From Callorhinchus milii (lineage: Eukaryota): DNA of 50,071 nt. Where the stretch lies: NCBI RefSeq assembly GCF_018977255.1, contig NW_024705382.1, positions 1-50,071 on the forward strand, in the 5' to 3' direction. The position numbers were made by a program, and so were the translations under genes. Numbering within the stretch: the first letter of the stretch is position 1; the number at the start of each line of letters is the position of its first letter. Under the pieces are notes generated by a model. It worked only from the letters and a program-made list of their open reading frames with translations. It searched no databases and had not been told where the DNA came from. Of the stretch, positions 14,035-25,480 are shown in pieces.

Positions 14035-14128
14035 GCTGTTGGGGAATAGGTTCAGCAGAGTCGGAGAGAATCAGCTGTTGTCACTGCAGGGAATCAGAGC
14101 TGAGCTGACAGTGACAGTGATGCACTGA
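14035..14128 (+). CDS. Upstream NLR paralog terminal exon (LLGNRFSRVGENQLLSLQGIRAELTVTVMH*)
   Basis: Acceptor gtgtttcag|, open to TGA at 14126-14128. The preceding intron and the 3' flank align with 43578-43965. Confidence 0.8.
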
Positions 14129-14313
14129 CTGAGGCAGTGACTGTCCCCACAGTCTGTGTAATATGGAATATATTCTGGACACTGTAGTGACTGATTATTA
14201 AAGATGTTGATCCTGATTTCTCTCCCATCTCTGCTCTGGGGACCGTTATTGACACACACCGTGGGCGAGAGAGCAGTCAGTCTGTGTGTGTGTTTGTGTG
14301 TGAGAGGGTGTGT

Positions 14314-14640
14314 GTGGAGTCTTGTCTTGTAGCTCAGTGGTCAGAGCACTCGCTTTCCAAGTGAGAGACCTGAGTTCAATTCCAGGCAGAGAGCGAAACC
14401 TTGGGCAAGTTTCCTTACTCCACACAGAGCCTAATAATAATCCCTCCAAAAAAAACCCCAAACAATCTCCGACTGTTTGTGGGACATTGCTGTGCGCAAT
14501 TGGCTGCCGCGTTCGCCCACAAATATACAGTCGATTCACTTTACAGTGTGCTCTGTGAAGCGCTTTGGGACGTCCTCCTGACGTGAAAAGCGCTATATCA
14601 AATGGTAGGATTATTATTCTTATTATTATTATTATTATTA
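14314..14640 (+). mobile_element. Full-length tRNA-derived SINE with Deu-domain-like body and L2-like tail
   Basis: A box TAGCTCAGTGG, B box GAGTTCAATTCC, body GTGGGACATTGCTGTGCGCAATTGGCTGCCGCGTT, tail GCGCTTTGGGACGTCCTCCTGACGTGAAAAGCGCTATATCAAATG plus (ATT)n. Very similar to 31551-31880. Confidence 0.9.
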
Positions 14641-16745
14641 GCAGTCAGTATGTGTGAGTGAGAGAGAAGTTAGTGTGCGAGAGAGAATGAGAGCAGTTAG
14701 TATGTGTGTGTGTGTGGGAGAGCAGTCAGTATGTGGGTGTGAGAGCAGTCAGTGTGTGTGTAGGTGTGTGTGTGTGAGAGCAGTCAGTGTGTGTGAAAGC
14801 AGTCAGTATATGTTTATGTGTGTGTGTGTGGGGGGAGCAGTCAGTATGTGTGTGTGGGAGAGCAGTCAGTATGTGTGTGAGAGAGAGCGGTTAGTGTGTG
14901 TGTGTGAGAGAGCAGTCAGTGTGTGTGAGAGAGAGCAGTCAGTGTGTGTGTGAGCAGTCACTGTGTATGTGTGAGAGAGCAGTCAATGTGTGTGAGAGCG
15001 ATCAGTGTGTGTGTGTGAGAGTAGTCAGTATGTGTGTATATGTGTGTGTGGGGGGAGAGCAGTCAGTATGTGTGTGTGTGTGTGAGAGAGCAGTCAGGGT
15101 GTGTGTATGACAGCAGTCAGTGTGTGTGTGTGTACGTGTGTGAGAGAGCAGTCAGTGTGTGTGTATGGAAGCAGACAGTGTAGTGTGTGTGAGAGCAGTC
15201 AGTATGTATGTGTGTGTGAGAGCAGTCAGTATGTGTGTGTGTGTTGGGGGGGAGGGGGAGAGCAGTGTGTGTGTGTGTGCAGGAGAGCAGTCAGTAAGTG
15301 TGTGTGTGTACGTGTGTGGGAGCAGTCAGTGTGTGTGAGAGAGCAGTCAGTGTGTGTGTGTGTGTGTGAGAGAGCAGTCAGTGTGTGTGTATGTGTGTGT
15401 GTGAGAGGAGTCAGTGTGTGTGAGCAGTCCGTGTGTGTGTGAGAGAGCAGTCAGTGTGTGTTTGTGAGAGATCAGTCAGTGTGTGGGTGTGTGAGAGAGG
15501 AGTCAGTGTGTGTGTTTGTGAGAGAGCAGTCTGTGTGTGTGTCAGAGAGCAGTCAGTGTGTGTGTGAGCAGTCACTGTGTATGTGTGAGAGAGCAGTCAG
15601 TGTGTGTGTGTGAGAGCGATCAGTGTGTGTGTGAGAGTAGTCAGTATGTGTGTATATGTGTGTGGGGGGGGGAGAGCAGTCAGTATGTGTGTGTCTGTGA
15701 GAGAGCAGTCAGTGTGTGTGTATGACAGCAGTCAGTGTGTGTGTGTGTACGTGTGTGTGAGAGCAGTCAGTATGTATGTGTGTGTGAGAGCAGTCAGTAT
15801 GTGTGTGTGTGTTGGGGGGGAGGGGGAGAGCAGTGTGTGTGTGTGCAGGAGAGCAGTCAGTAAGTGTGTGTGTGTGTACGTGTGTGGGAGCAGTCAGTGT
15901 GGGTGTGAGAGAGCAGTCAGTGTGTGTGTGTGTGTGTGTGTGAGAGCAGTCAGTGTGTGTGTATGTGTGTGTGTGAGAGCAGTCAGTGTGTGTGAGCAGT
16001 CCGTGTGTGTGTGTGTGTGTGAGAGAGCAGTCAGTGTGTGTTTGTGAGAGATCAGTCAGTGTGTGGGTGTGTGAGAGAGTAGTCAGTATGTGTGTTTGTG
16101 AGAGAGCAGTCTGTGTGTGTGTCAGAGAGCAGTCAGTGTGTGTGTGTGTGAAAGAGAGAGAGCAGTCAGTTTTTCTGTGTGTGAGAGCAGTCAATGCATG
16201 TGTGTGTGAGAGAGAGAGAGCAGTCAGTGTGTGTGTGTGTGAGAGAGCAGTCAGTGTGTGTCTGTGAGAGGGCAGTCAGTGTGTGTGTGTGTGAGGGCAT
16301 TCAGTGTGTGTGTGTGTGTGAGAGAGAGCAGTCAGTGTGTGTTTGTGTGTGTGAGCAGTCAGTGTGCGGGGGAGAGTGAGCAGTCAGTGAGTGTGTTTGT
16401 GAGAGAGAGGTCAGTGTGTGTTTGTGAGAGAGCAGTTAGTGCGTATGTGTCAGAGAGCAGACAGTGTTTATGAGAGAGCAGTCAGTGTGTGTGTGTGTGT
16501 GTGTTTGTGTGTGCGAGAGCATCAGTGTTTGTGTGTGTGAGAGAGAGCATTCAGTGTGTGTGCGTGTGTATCTATGTGTGTGTGTCTGTATCTGTGTGTT
16601 GTCTGTGTGTGTGTGAGTATCTGTGTGTTTGTCTGTGTGTGTGTCTGTATCTGTGTTCTGTGTGTGTTCTGTGTCTGTGTGTGTGTGTGTGTGTGTCTGT
16701 GTGTATATGTGTCCTGTCTGTGTGTCTGAGTTTGTTGTGTGTGGT
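14641..16745. repeat. Compound minisatellite GAGAGCAGTCAGT(GT)n grading into (TG/TCTG)n
   Basis: Dozens of GCAGTCAG anchors separated by variable GT and GA runs. Confidence 0.95.
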
Positions 16746-16789
16746 GGGAGGGGTATGTTAATAGAGTTTGTGTGTTTGCTCAGCTGAGT

Positions 16790-17990
16790 GGGTGAAATCA
16801 AACGCGCTCCGGTGAGCGCTCGGGGAGAGGGAGGGAAGGTTTCGTGCGTTCAACCTGACGCGGGTTTGTGGGGCCGTTACCGGAATCCCAAACAGCCGTC
16901 ACGTTTGCCAACACGTACCCGGGGGTCGACCCCCCTCCCACTTGAACCCCAACCCCCCCCCCCCCCCAATCAGCATTGCCGGGATATTTTCGGGAAGAGG
17001 GCAGTGCCCCCGGTCCCGGAACCCGAAGATCAACCGGCTCCCGGTGTGTGACCCTCCGCAGTGAGGGGGATGTCCCCGCGGGTCCGGCGGCAGATTGCGG
17101 TGTCGCTCGGCCCGGGGGTCATTCCGCTCGTTCGGTCCACCGCTTCCAATCGGGACCCAACGCCCCGAATCCCCTCGACGGGACGGCAGCCCTCGGGGGC
17201 TGATGGGCGGCGAGGAGCCCGCGGTCATGTCACACGGCGTCTTAACCCCAACACGGCCTCAACCACAACAACAACCACAACAACAACAACAAGATGGCAC
17301 GTGTGCAGCGGCTTTCACGGCGGGAGGACGTGCTGAGGCGCTGCCCAGTGATAGCGTTTCAGATCCGAGTCGGTCTCACACACGGGAACCCAACCCCCGC
17401 GCCTCCCTCCCCCACTCCGCACCCCAACACATTGCTGCCCATCCCCCGCCATTGCCATCGCCTCTCCCGACCTTCCCCAATCCTGGAGAGCGTTATTAGG
17501 CTCAGGTTGTGGTGGTGGTGGGGGTTTGGGGGGTGGGGGGTGAGGTATGGATTGGAGACCCGCCCCCCACCCCCAGGAGTGGTCATTGTATCATTGTGGG
17601 GGGTGAGGCTCGGAGACCCCGTACCCTCCCCTGTTGTGCTCTTTGTGGGGGTGGGGTGGACCGCGGGAGTATCACCATCACCCGCTCTTTTTTTTGTTCA
17701 CGGTAAGACTTTTGGAATGAAACAACAGGAAAGAAGACTCCATTCCCCCCTCTGACCCCCAAACCCCCACTCGAGGTGCTCGAGGGTATTGTAAATGTTT
17801 TTTACAGTCTATCGAAGCAGTTGATGTTTTTTTTGTGGCTTCACTGCGGGGAATTGCGGTTCACAGCGCCGCTCAACCGCGTTTTGATCGAAACCATCCG
17901 TTGCCGAACACCGGGGATGGGATGGCGTCCACCGCGGTTTGAAACACGAGGCTACGGTTGCAGGCGCTGAGACGGAGCTACGCGTGTCCC
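16790..17990. promoter_or_regulatory. CpG-rich island-like unique region
   Basis: Visibly higher GC and CpG density than the rest of the window; no recognisable ORF. Confidence 0.5.
17262..17343 (-). mobile_element. L2-like 3' tail fragment
   Basis: (CAA)n followed by the reverse complement of the shared tail (GCGGCTTTCACGGCGGGAGGACGTGCTGAGGCGCTG). Confidence 0.7.
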
Positions 17991-19452
17991 CTCCTCCCTC
18001 CCTCCTTCCCTCCCTCTCTGCTCCATCCCTCCTCTCTCCCATCCCTCCCTCCTCTCTCCATCCCTCCGCTCCCCTACCTCCCTCCTTCGCTCCCTCCCTC
18101 CCTACCTCCATCCCTCCTTCCCTCCCTACCTCAATCCCTCGCTCCCTCCTGAATATTATTATTATATTATTATCAATTTTATTATTTTTATTATTATTAT
18201 AACCTCTGATGTAGCAAAGCAGAAAAGTTGAGGTTTAGACTTTTCTGCAGACTCTGCTGCTTCGCAGCTTTCTCTCTCTCTCTCTCTCTCTCTCTTTATA
18301 TATGTATATATGTATGAATTTAATATATATATGTATATATACAGTACACATATACATTTCGGTGCAGAGCGATGTCGTCAGTCGCTGCCCCTGTGTTCCT
18401 TCTTGATTTTCTTGCTTCTTGTTCGCATGTTATTTGGGTTGAAGGTAATTTTGCTCTCTGACTGTGCTGTGTGTCGGTGTGTGTTTGTGTGTGGGTGAGC
18501 GGGTTGGTGCGTTGTGTGTGGGGGGTGGGGGTGGGTGAGTGGGTGGGTGTGTGGTTTGTTGCAGGAGAGGTGTGTGCTGCTGTGTGTACAGCTCCTCAGC
18601 ACAGAGCTCACTCACTCACCACCACTCACATCACTCACTCACTCACTCATTCACTCACTGACCGGCTTGACTGACAGTTTGACTGTTAGATCTGCACAAC
18701 AGCAAAACTGCACACACTCTTAAACAGACAAAGCTCACTGCCTGCGTCTACTGCCTCTCTGCTGCCTCCCTCTACTGCCTTTCTCTGCTGCCTCCCTCTG
18801 CTGCCTTTCTCTGCTGCCAGCCTCTGCTGCCTCCGTCTGCTGCCAGCCTCTGCTTCCTCTCTCTGCTGCCAGCCTCTACTGTCAGCCTCTACTGCCTGCC
18901 TACTGCTTACTTACTTGCAGCAGCACACCTCCTACCCACCCCCCCCCCCCCCCGCCACCCATTTCGCTTCTCTTTCCTTTTAAAAATACCCATATATTTC
19001 ATTTAGGAGGAGGAGTAAAGTGTGTGTGTGTTTGAGTGTGTGTGTGTGTGTGTGTGGTGGGGGGGGGGGGGGTGCGGAAAACATCAGTGCCTGTGATGAT
19101 GAGAATACAATACCCCAATTCACCATCTCACCCATCGACACACACATCCAACATCGCTTTATAATAATAGTAATAATGATTAACAATAATGATAAATACT
19201 AATATGATAATTTAATGATACAAATACGAAATAAATAATAACAATAGTCATTGCATTTGGTACAGCAGCGCGTTGTCACATCTTCCAGGTGTCTCACAGG
19301 GCTTCACAAGATAGACTGTGAGGTGTAGTGACTCTGTATTTTCTGGGCGAAACGGGGCAGCCGATGGCCCACAACAGTGAGCGTCCGTCACACAAACAGT
19401 CGTGGATTGGAAGTGACCGAATTTACTTTAGTTTTTGGAATGGATTATTATT

Positions 19453-19868
19453 TGTGCGTCTGTGTGTGTATCTGTCTGTGTGTGTGTCTCTGTGTGTGTG
19501 TGTGTCTGTGTGTGTGTGTCTGTGTGTGTGTGTTGTGTGTGTGTGTGTGTGTGTCTGTCTGTACGTGTGTGTCTGTACGTGTGTGGTCTGTATGTGTGTC
19601 TGTGTGTGTGTGTCTGTGTGTCTGTCTGTGTGTCTGTGTCTGTCTGTATGCGTGTGTCTGTGTGTGTCTCTGTGTGTGTGTGTGTGTGTCTGTCTGTGTG
19701 TGTGTCTCTCCGGTCCTGTGTCATACACATCCTTCACACACACACTCTCACAGTCTCTCTCTCTCTCTCTCACACTGTCACTCTCTCTCACCCTCTCACT
19801 CTCTCAGTCTCTCTCTCTCTCAGACTCTCTCTCACACTCTCTCTCTCTCATTCTCTTTCTCTCTCTGT
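19453..19868. repeat. (TG/TCTG)n followed by (CT/CA)n microsatellite
   Basis: Direct inspection. Confidence 0.95.
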
Positions 19869-20784
19869 CCACCAATAACTGACCGTCGTCTCCGGTTCCA
19901 TTGATGTTTTTCCAAGAAGCGCCGCTCCCTATAGTCAGAATCAATGTCAGGAGTGTCTCAGACGGAATGCGGCTCAGGGGCTGAACCTGTCTGTCACACA
20001 GGTGTGAGCGTCTCTCACAAACCTTCCCATAACCAGCCATTGGGCACATTACCAGCAGGTTGGTGCTGGTGGGTGGGAGAGATCACCGAGTGCTGCTGAT
20101 TGGGGACCAGGAGAGAACTGGTTGAAGGAGCTGGTGGTTTCCAGTCACTGGGGAGAAGCTCAGCGCGTCCTGTGATCACTGCTGAGCAAATATCTGCCAA
20201 ATCTTCAATTCTTTCTCTTCTCCATCTGATAATCTGTAAAAGTGTTCTCAATTTGGTGTCTGATGTTATGCGTCTTCTCCAGGCAGAGTGGACAGGGGAG
20301 TGGGGGCGCCTCATTCAAACGCCCTCCGTGGGGGTGAGGGGAGTGAGTGGGCGGGTTATCCGAAGGGCTGAACCGACTCCGAGGTGGAAAGGTTTGGCTG
20401 CAGGTTATCGGAATCGAGCCGTCCTCCTGTAACCGACTCTGCTCTGTTTCCTGAGCCGGTGGCGGGTCCGTGGTATTCCAGGGCACTGCTGATAGCAGCA
20501 CAGCCCAGTCCGGCTCATCGACAGCACCCGAAGGGCAGACCAGACACTGGGGCAGATATCCTCCTCGTCGGCTCCTATTAACCCTGTAAAAAAGTCCTAA
20601 CTTGTCCGGTGTTCCCAGCTGGAAAAAAGAAATAGGAAGGCTCGCCGGGCAGCAATATCAATTGCGAGCCATGGGGTTTTCGCTGATTAGATTCCAGCAG
20701 TTACTCCAACCCATGCTCTCGGGTGCCCAAACTTTGGCTCTTGCCATTCCTTGCCTTTACTCTCCGGAAACGAGTGAGTAGGAT

Positions 20785-21238
20785 GGGATTCAAGATACTC
20801 ATCCTCACCGACAATGCCATTCACGGCCTCGCTCCCTCCTACCTCTCCGACCTACTATCCCCTATTACCTGCCCGTACCCTCCGTTCCTCTGGCTACCGG
20901 TCTGCTCCACATCCCCCGCCCCAACCGCCCCTACCATCGGTGGCCTTCAGTCTCTCTGCCCGAGGCTCTGGAACTCCATCACCCCAGTGCCTTCCCGCTC
21001 CTCCCTTTCCTCCTTCAAGGCCGGTTCAAGACCTTCTCTTGACCGAGCTTCAGCTCCCTCTGACTCTCTCCCCTCCTCGCTCCCTCCTCCTTCCCCTCCC
21101 CACCTCCCCCCTTCCTTCCCCCCTCACCCTGACCATTTCCCCCAATGCTCGGGTCCCGACCCAACTGTCCAGCGCCTTGGGACGTCCTCCCGACGTGAAA
21201 GGCGCTCTATAAATGAGATCTTGTTGTATCTTGTTGTG
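20785..21238 (+). mobile_element. L2-clade LINE 3' fragment
   Basis: Encodes [21 protein letters not shown] and PRLWNS (L2 ORF2 C-terminus), then a pyrimidine-rich UTR and tail GCGCCTTGGGACGTCCTCCCGACGTGAAAGGCGCT with (TTG)n. Confidence 0.88.
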
Positions 21239-21714
21239 TGATGCATCACTCCAGCGGGAGTGAGAGTGCACATTCCATTAGAACAATCTCTCTCTGGAAA
21301 TTCACTGTGTAGGTGGGATGCAGAAAATTCCCAGTTTGGTTTGGAGACTGATGCTTTGTGCTGGATTTCCCTCTGTGAAAGTTTTATCACAGCCATATTA
21401 CGATATATAAAACTCTTCCGGTGAGATCCTGACATGGAGAAGCAGAGCTTGAACCTGCAAGTTTACTGATCCTCGCGTTTGTTATAGCGACTCATCGCAT
21501 GTTCAAGACGTCTCCAAGCGCTTCAACGGATGCACTGTAAAGTGCCGTGACTGTGTGACCCACATGCAAGTCCCTGACGAGAGAGAGAGATTGGACTGAT
21601 TCCTTCTCCATAGCCCCAGAACAATAAGGCTGATCGCCTCTCCTCCACCACCTGAGGGTTCCTTGTCTGAAAGCATCATTGCCGTGTGTCAAATTCTCCC
21701 AATCCCAACCCCTA

Positions 21715-22640
21715 ACTAATCACACTGTCGACTCTCACCCAAATTAGCACCACTCCGCCCGCTCTTACCCCAACTAGTCCCACTACATCGATCTAACCCC
21801 AACCGATCCCATTCCCAGACATTTACCCCAGCTAGTACCACTCACTTACCTAACTGGGGGGTCTTACTCTAACTCACCACGTTTATCGCTACTCGTCCCC
21901 CCCAGCCCCCGCCCATCCCTCTGAGCTTAGTGTGTCCCATTGCCCCGCTATTAAGATGGTGACTGAAGGTCAAAGGAGACAAAGAGGGAATGAGGCGAAG
22001 GCAATGTGAGGCGCAGTTCCAGAGGTGGGAGCAGAAAAAAACCAAAACATAGATTTCTTATTTCTTTGATTATCGGTAGATTGCTCTAAAGCTCAACAGC
22101 TCTGTCAGTAAACACAGTACAGAATGACTTGTCTGACTGGTTGGGGATGTATTTCTGAGAATCGCCGCTCTCTGTGGTGAGAGTCAAACTTCAGGAATGT
22201 TTGAGATCATAAACAGCCCGAGAGCTGCCGCTTGTCTGTACAGCAGAAGGGAACTCACAGGAGGGAATAGAACATAAAACAAAGAAACAGAACTAACAGC
22301 AGAAGACAGAAAATTAACCCACAGTTTTTCTGATGCGTTGTATGTCGCGGTGGTGAACACTTATATCAGATTTTGATTCCTGTATCGCCTGGCGACCAGG
22401 TGTTTGCTCATGTGTCAAGTACAGCTCAACAGGTAAAGTGTGAGCAGATTCATGTTGGAATACATGACCATATCACCATACTTTATTGAATATTTATAAT
22501 CGCTGTTGCTGAAACCATCTCAATACTATTGCAGTTTTAAAATCCACATCAGCAAATCATACAGGTAGGGACTTGTCAGATGGTTGGAGGTGATTAAGCG
22601 AGAAGCGCCGCACCCTTCAGAGTCAGGTTTCAGGAAGGGG
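21715..22640. repeat. Local segmental duplication, copy 1 (paralogous to about 24470-25370)
   Basis: Collinear blocks such as GGAATGAGGCGAAGG, ATAAACAGCC.GAGAGCTGCCGCTT, GACCAGGTGTTTGCTCATGTG and GCTGAAACCATCTCAATACTAT. Confidence 0.85.
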
Positions 22641-22694
22641 GGGTGCGTTGTGGGGGAGGTTAAGTGGAAACTCGTTGAAGCTAAACTCACTAAA

Positions 22695-22890
22695 GTAGCA
22701 ACAACAACAACTTGGATGTATATAGCGCCCTCCGCGCCGGACGGCGTGTCAGAACGCTTCACAGTAACAGATCCCGGGGCCGAGCCAGGGGCAGGGGACG
22801 ACGAAAAGAAAGGTCTTCAGCAGAGACCTGAAAATAGGAAGAGAAGGGGAGGGAGTGAGGAAGGGAGTTCCAGAGCCTCGGGACATCGTG
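22695..22890 (-). mobile_element. L2-like 3' fragment, second tail variant
   Basis: (CAA)n TTGGATGTATATAGCGCCCTCCGCGCCGGACGGCGT; same family as 44575-44660 and 48262-48490. Confidence 0.75.
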
Positions 22891-24469
22891 GCTGAAGGCA
22901 CGGCCGCCGAGGGTGGAGCGGACCTGTACGGCAATGGAATGGATAATCGAGCCAACCCTCTCTGGTGGTCTCTAGTCCGGTTTCTGGGCCGAGGGTGTCC
23001 GCAGTTTTCCACGGCAGTGATGATGGCAGCACAGCCCAGCCTGGCTCATCAGCAATAATTACTAGGGCAGACCAGTCACTACAACATGTATCCCACTCAG
23101 CTCCCGTTAACCATGTAAACCAGGGTCAGAAACCCAAGTGACCCAAAAATATCCAAACGTCATTTCTCAGCCCAAATATGGTAAAATAGGAATTTCATGC
23201 AGAGACTAAGGACTTGACCCTGTCTTCAAACTGCAGTTCCTGCACTTCCCTGGAGATTGTACAGTGCTCCCTGGGGCTGGAGGACAAGCTCAGTCCTGCT
23301 CCCTGGACCAGCATCAAATCCCTGGATACCGAGTGTCTGCTTGTCTGAACAACTCGTGTCATTGTGTGGATCTCCCAGGGAGGTGGGGAGGCAAAACATG
23401 ATCTAACTTCAGATTTAAATTGCAACCAGCTTCAAGGTCTGAAATGCTTCCCTTGCTGACTGTTATTATACAAATGCAATTGGTGCTATATACAGGGAAA
23501 TTCACTTTACAGTGTAGGGTTTGAGACGACTCGCAGACACGATAAGTCGCTGAATCAAATGTAAGGATTGCTATATTATTATTTATTATTAACTTTCTCT
23601 CCACTGCAAAAGTGACAAGTAATGCAGAGCAGCGCTAACAGCTTCTGGGTATTTTGGTCAAGGGGAATCCGTCGCCCTCAGGGCTTCAGCTCCACCGTCA
23701 CTGTTGCAAATAATGAGAAGATGGGATTTCCTCCCCACATCCTTATCTCCAAACATGACATGTTCATCACCTCCCTTTTGTTGAAGACTCTATTCTCCTA
23801 TCTCCCAAGATTCTCAGCCTCTTCTCCAAATCCCTTCTCACCCAAGGCCTCCCTAAATCTGGAAGTAACTCCTGCGCCTCTCTCTCTCCTGATCTCCCTC
23901 CACTCAGGCATCTCAACATCAGGTCCATCTGCAAGAACGACCTGGTATTAGGTCCAGGAGTGAGAGCAGGGTATACATTAACAGCCAATGTTTACATTCA
24001 AAGTAATGAGTGATTTTACTGAAATGTCCTAAACTATTGAAGTCTCAAATAATCCAGAAACCTGCTATAAGATATCAGAAGGGTATGCTGACATGGTTCA
24101 CAATTAGAAATCTGGTAACACCGTCACTTTACAACCTTACAACCTATCTCCCAAATGTACCTCCCTAACCATTAGAGATCAGGATTGAGGAATATAACAA
24201 GGGATTCCTGACACTGGGAAATGAAGAAAAATAAGGCGTCGATAACTGCAGTGCATTGTTCAATGGTAGTGAGTATCATTTACACAGTGAACATAAAGCT
24301 CCGTATATATATAATATACAACTCCTTATCATGTTGTCCAAAAATCTGAAAGCTTTGCAGGATTTTACTCCGATGTGCAATGGCAGTGTATTTGTCGGTG
24401 AACAGCCAACTCCTAGCTATTGTGTAGGGTTAAGGGGGAGGAATATAGGCAGTGGGATTAACCCCTCGT

Positions 24470-25370
24470 CCCCTACCCCCGAATCCCACGGCTCTTATCA
24501 CAACTAGTCCTACTCCCCAACTCTTCATCCAACTACTGCCACTCACTGCTCTTACCAAAACCAGTCACACCCCCCCGCTCTTACCCAAAGTCCTAATTCA
24601 ACCAAATTTTTTAGGGATGCAGAAGGTCGAACAGGAGGGTCTTGAGACATACTCTGATGGAGGCAAGGGATGGAATGAGGCGAAGGGACTGTGATGGTTT
24701 CCAAATGTGAGGGCAGAAAACAGAATGGATTTTGTATTTCTTTGACTCCCGGTAGATTATTGTAAACTTGGACATCTCTGTCAGCAAACAAAACACACTG
24801 TGAGTTGTCAGACTGGTTGGATATACAATTCTGGGAATGGCCACTCCCTGTGGTAAGAGTCAAATTTCAGATTTTTTTCAGAGCATAAACAGCCTGAGAG
24901 CTGCCGCTTTCCTGTCCAGCAACAGCGAACCCACGAGAGGGAAGAGAAGGGCAAAACAGTAGAAATAGAATTAACAAAGTAAGGAAAATGTAACAGATAG
25001 AAAACTAATGCATAGTTTTTCTGAAGTACTCTGTTTAACGGTGGTTAATAATTATATCAGTTAGTGAGTCCTGTATACCCTGGAGACCAGGTGTTTGCTC
25101 ATGTGGTAAGTACAGGTCAGCAGGTAAACTTTTAACAGGTTCATGTTGGGATAGATGACCATATCACCGCGCTTTGCTGAATACTTTAATCTTTGTGGCT
25201 GAAACCATCTCAATACTATGGAAGTTTTAAAATCTCGATCAGCGAATTATACACTCTGACTTGTCAGATGGTTGGCGGAGCTTTTGTGAGAGTCGCCGCT
25301 CCCTATAGTGAGTGTCAGGTTTCAGAAAGGTTTCAGATGACAAACAGCCTGAGAGCTGCTGTAGGAGGGC
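24470..25370. repeat. Local segmental duplication, copy 2
   Basis: Same collinear blocks as 21715-22640. Confidence 0.85.
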
Positions 25371-25480
25371 CAGGCAGCGGGTGATTCTGAAGGCTGAGGG
25401 GAGAGGAGTTAGAATATATATTCCTGGGCGGTGGGGTGTTAGAATACACTCTTTTTGTATACTGCTAGAATCATAATAGA

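Noticed and set aside
14325..14400. tRNA gene (Gly-TCC-like anticodon loop), also at about 31558-31625
   Set aside because: It continues directly into a SINE body and tail and lacks a proper acceptor stem and poly-T terminator, so it is a SINE head.
23005..23060. Hammerhead ribozyme core (CTGATGAG on the minus strand)
   Set aside because: No GAAA immediately after a stem II, and the second copy at about 20510 has TCGATGAG instead.
23190..23990. Short protein-like ORFs on both strands, also at 20015-20500 and about 47135-47245
   Set aside because: No recognisable motifs, no consistent splice chain, and interrupted frames; they cannot be supported without a database search.
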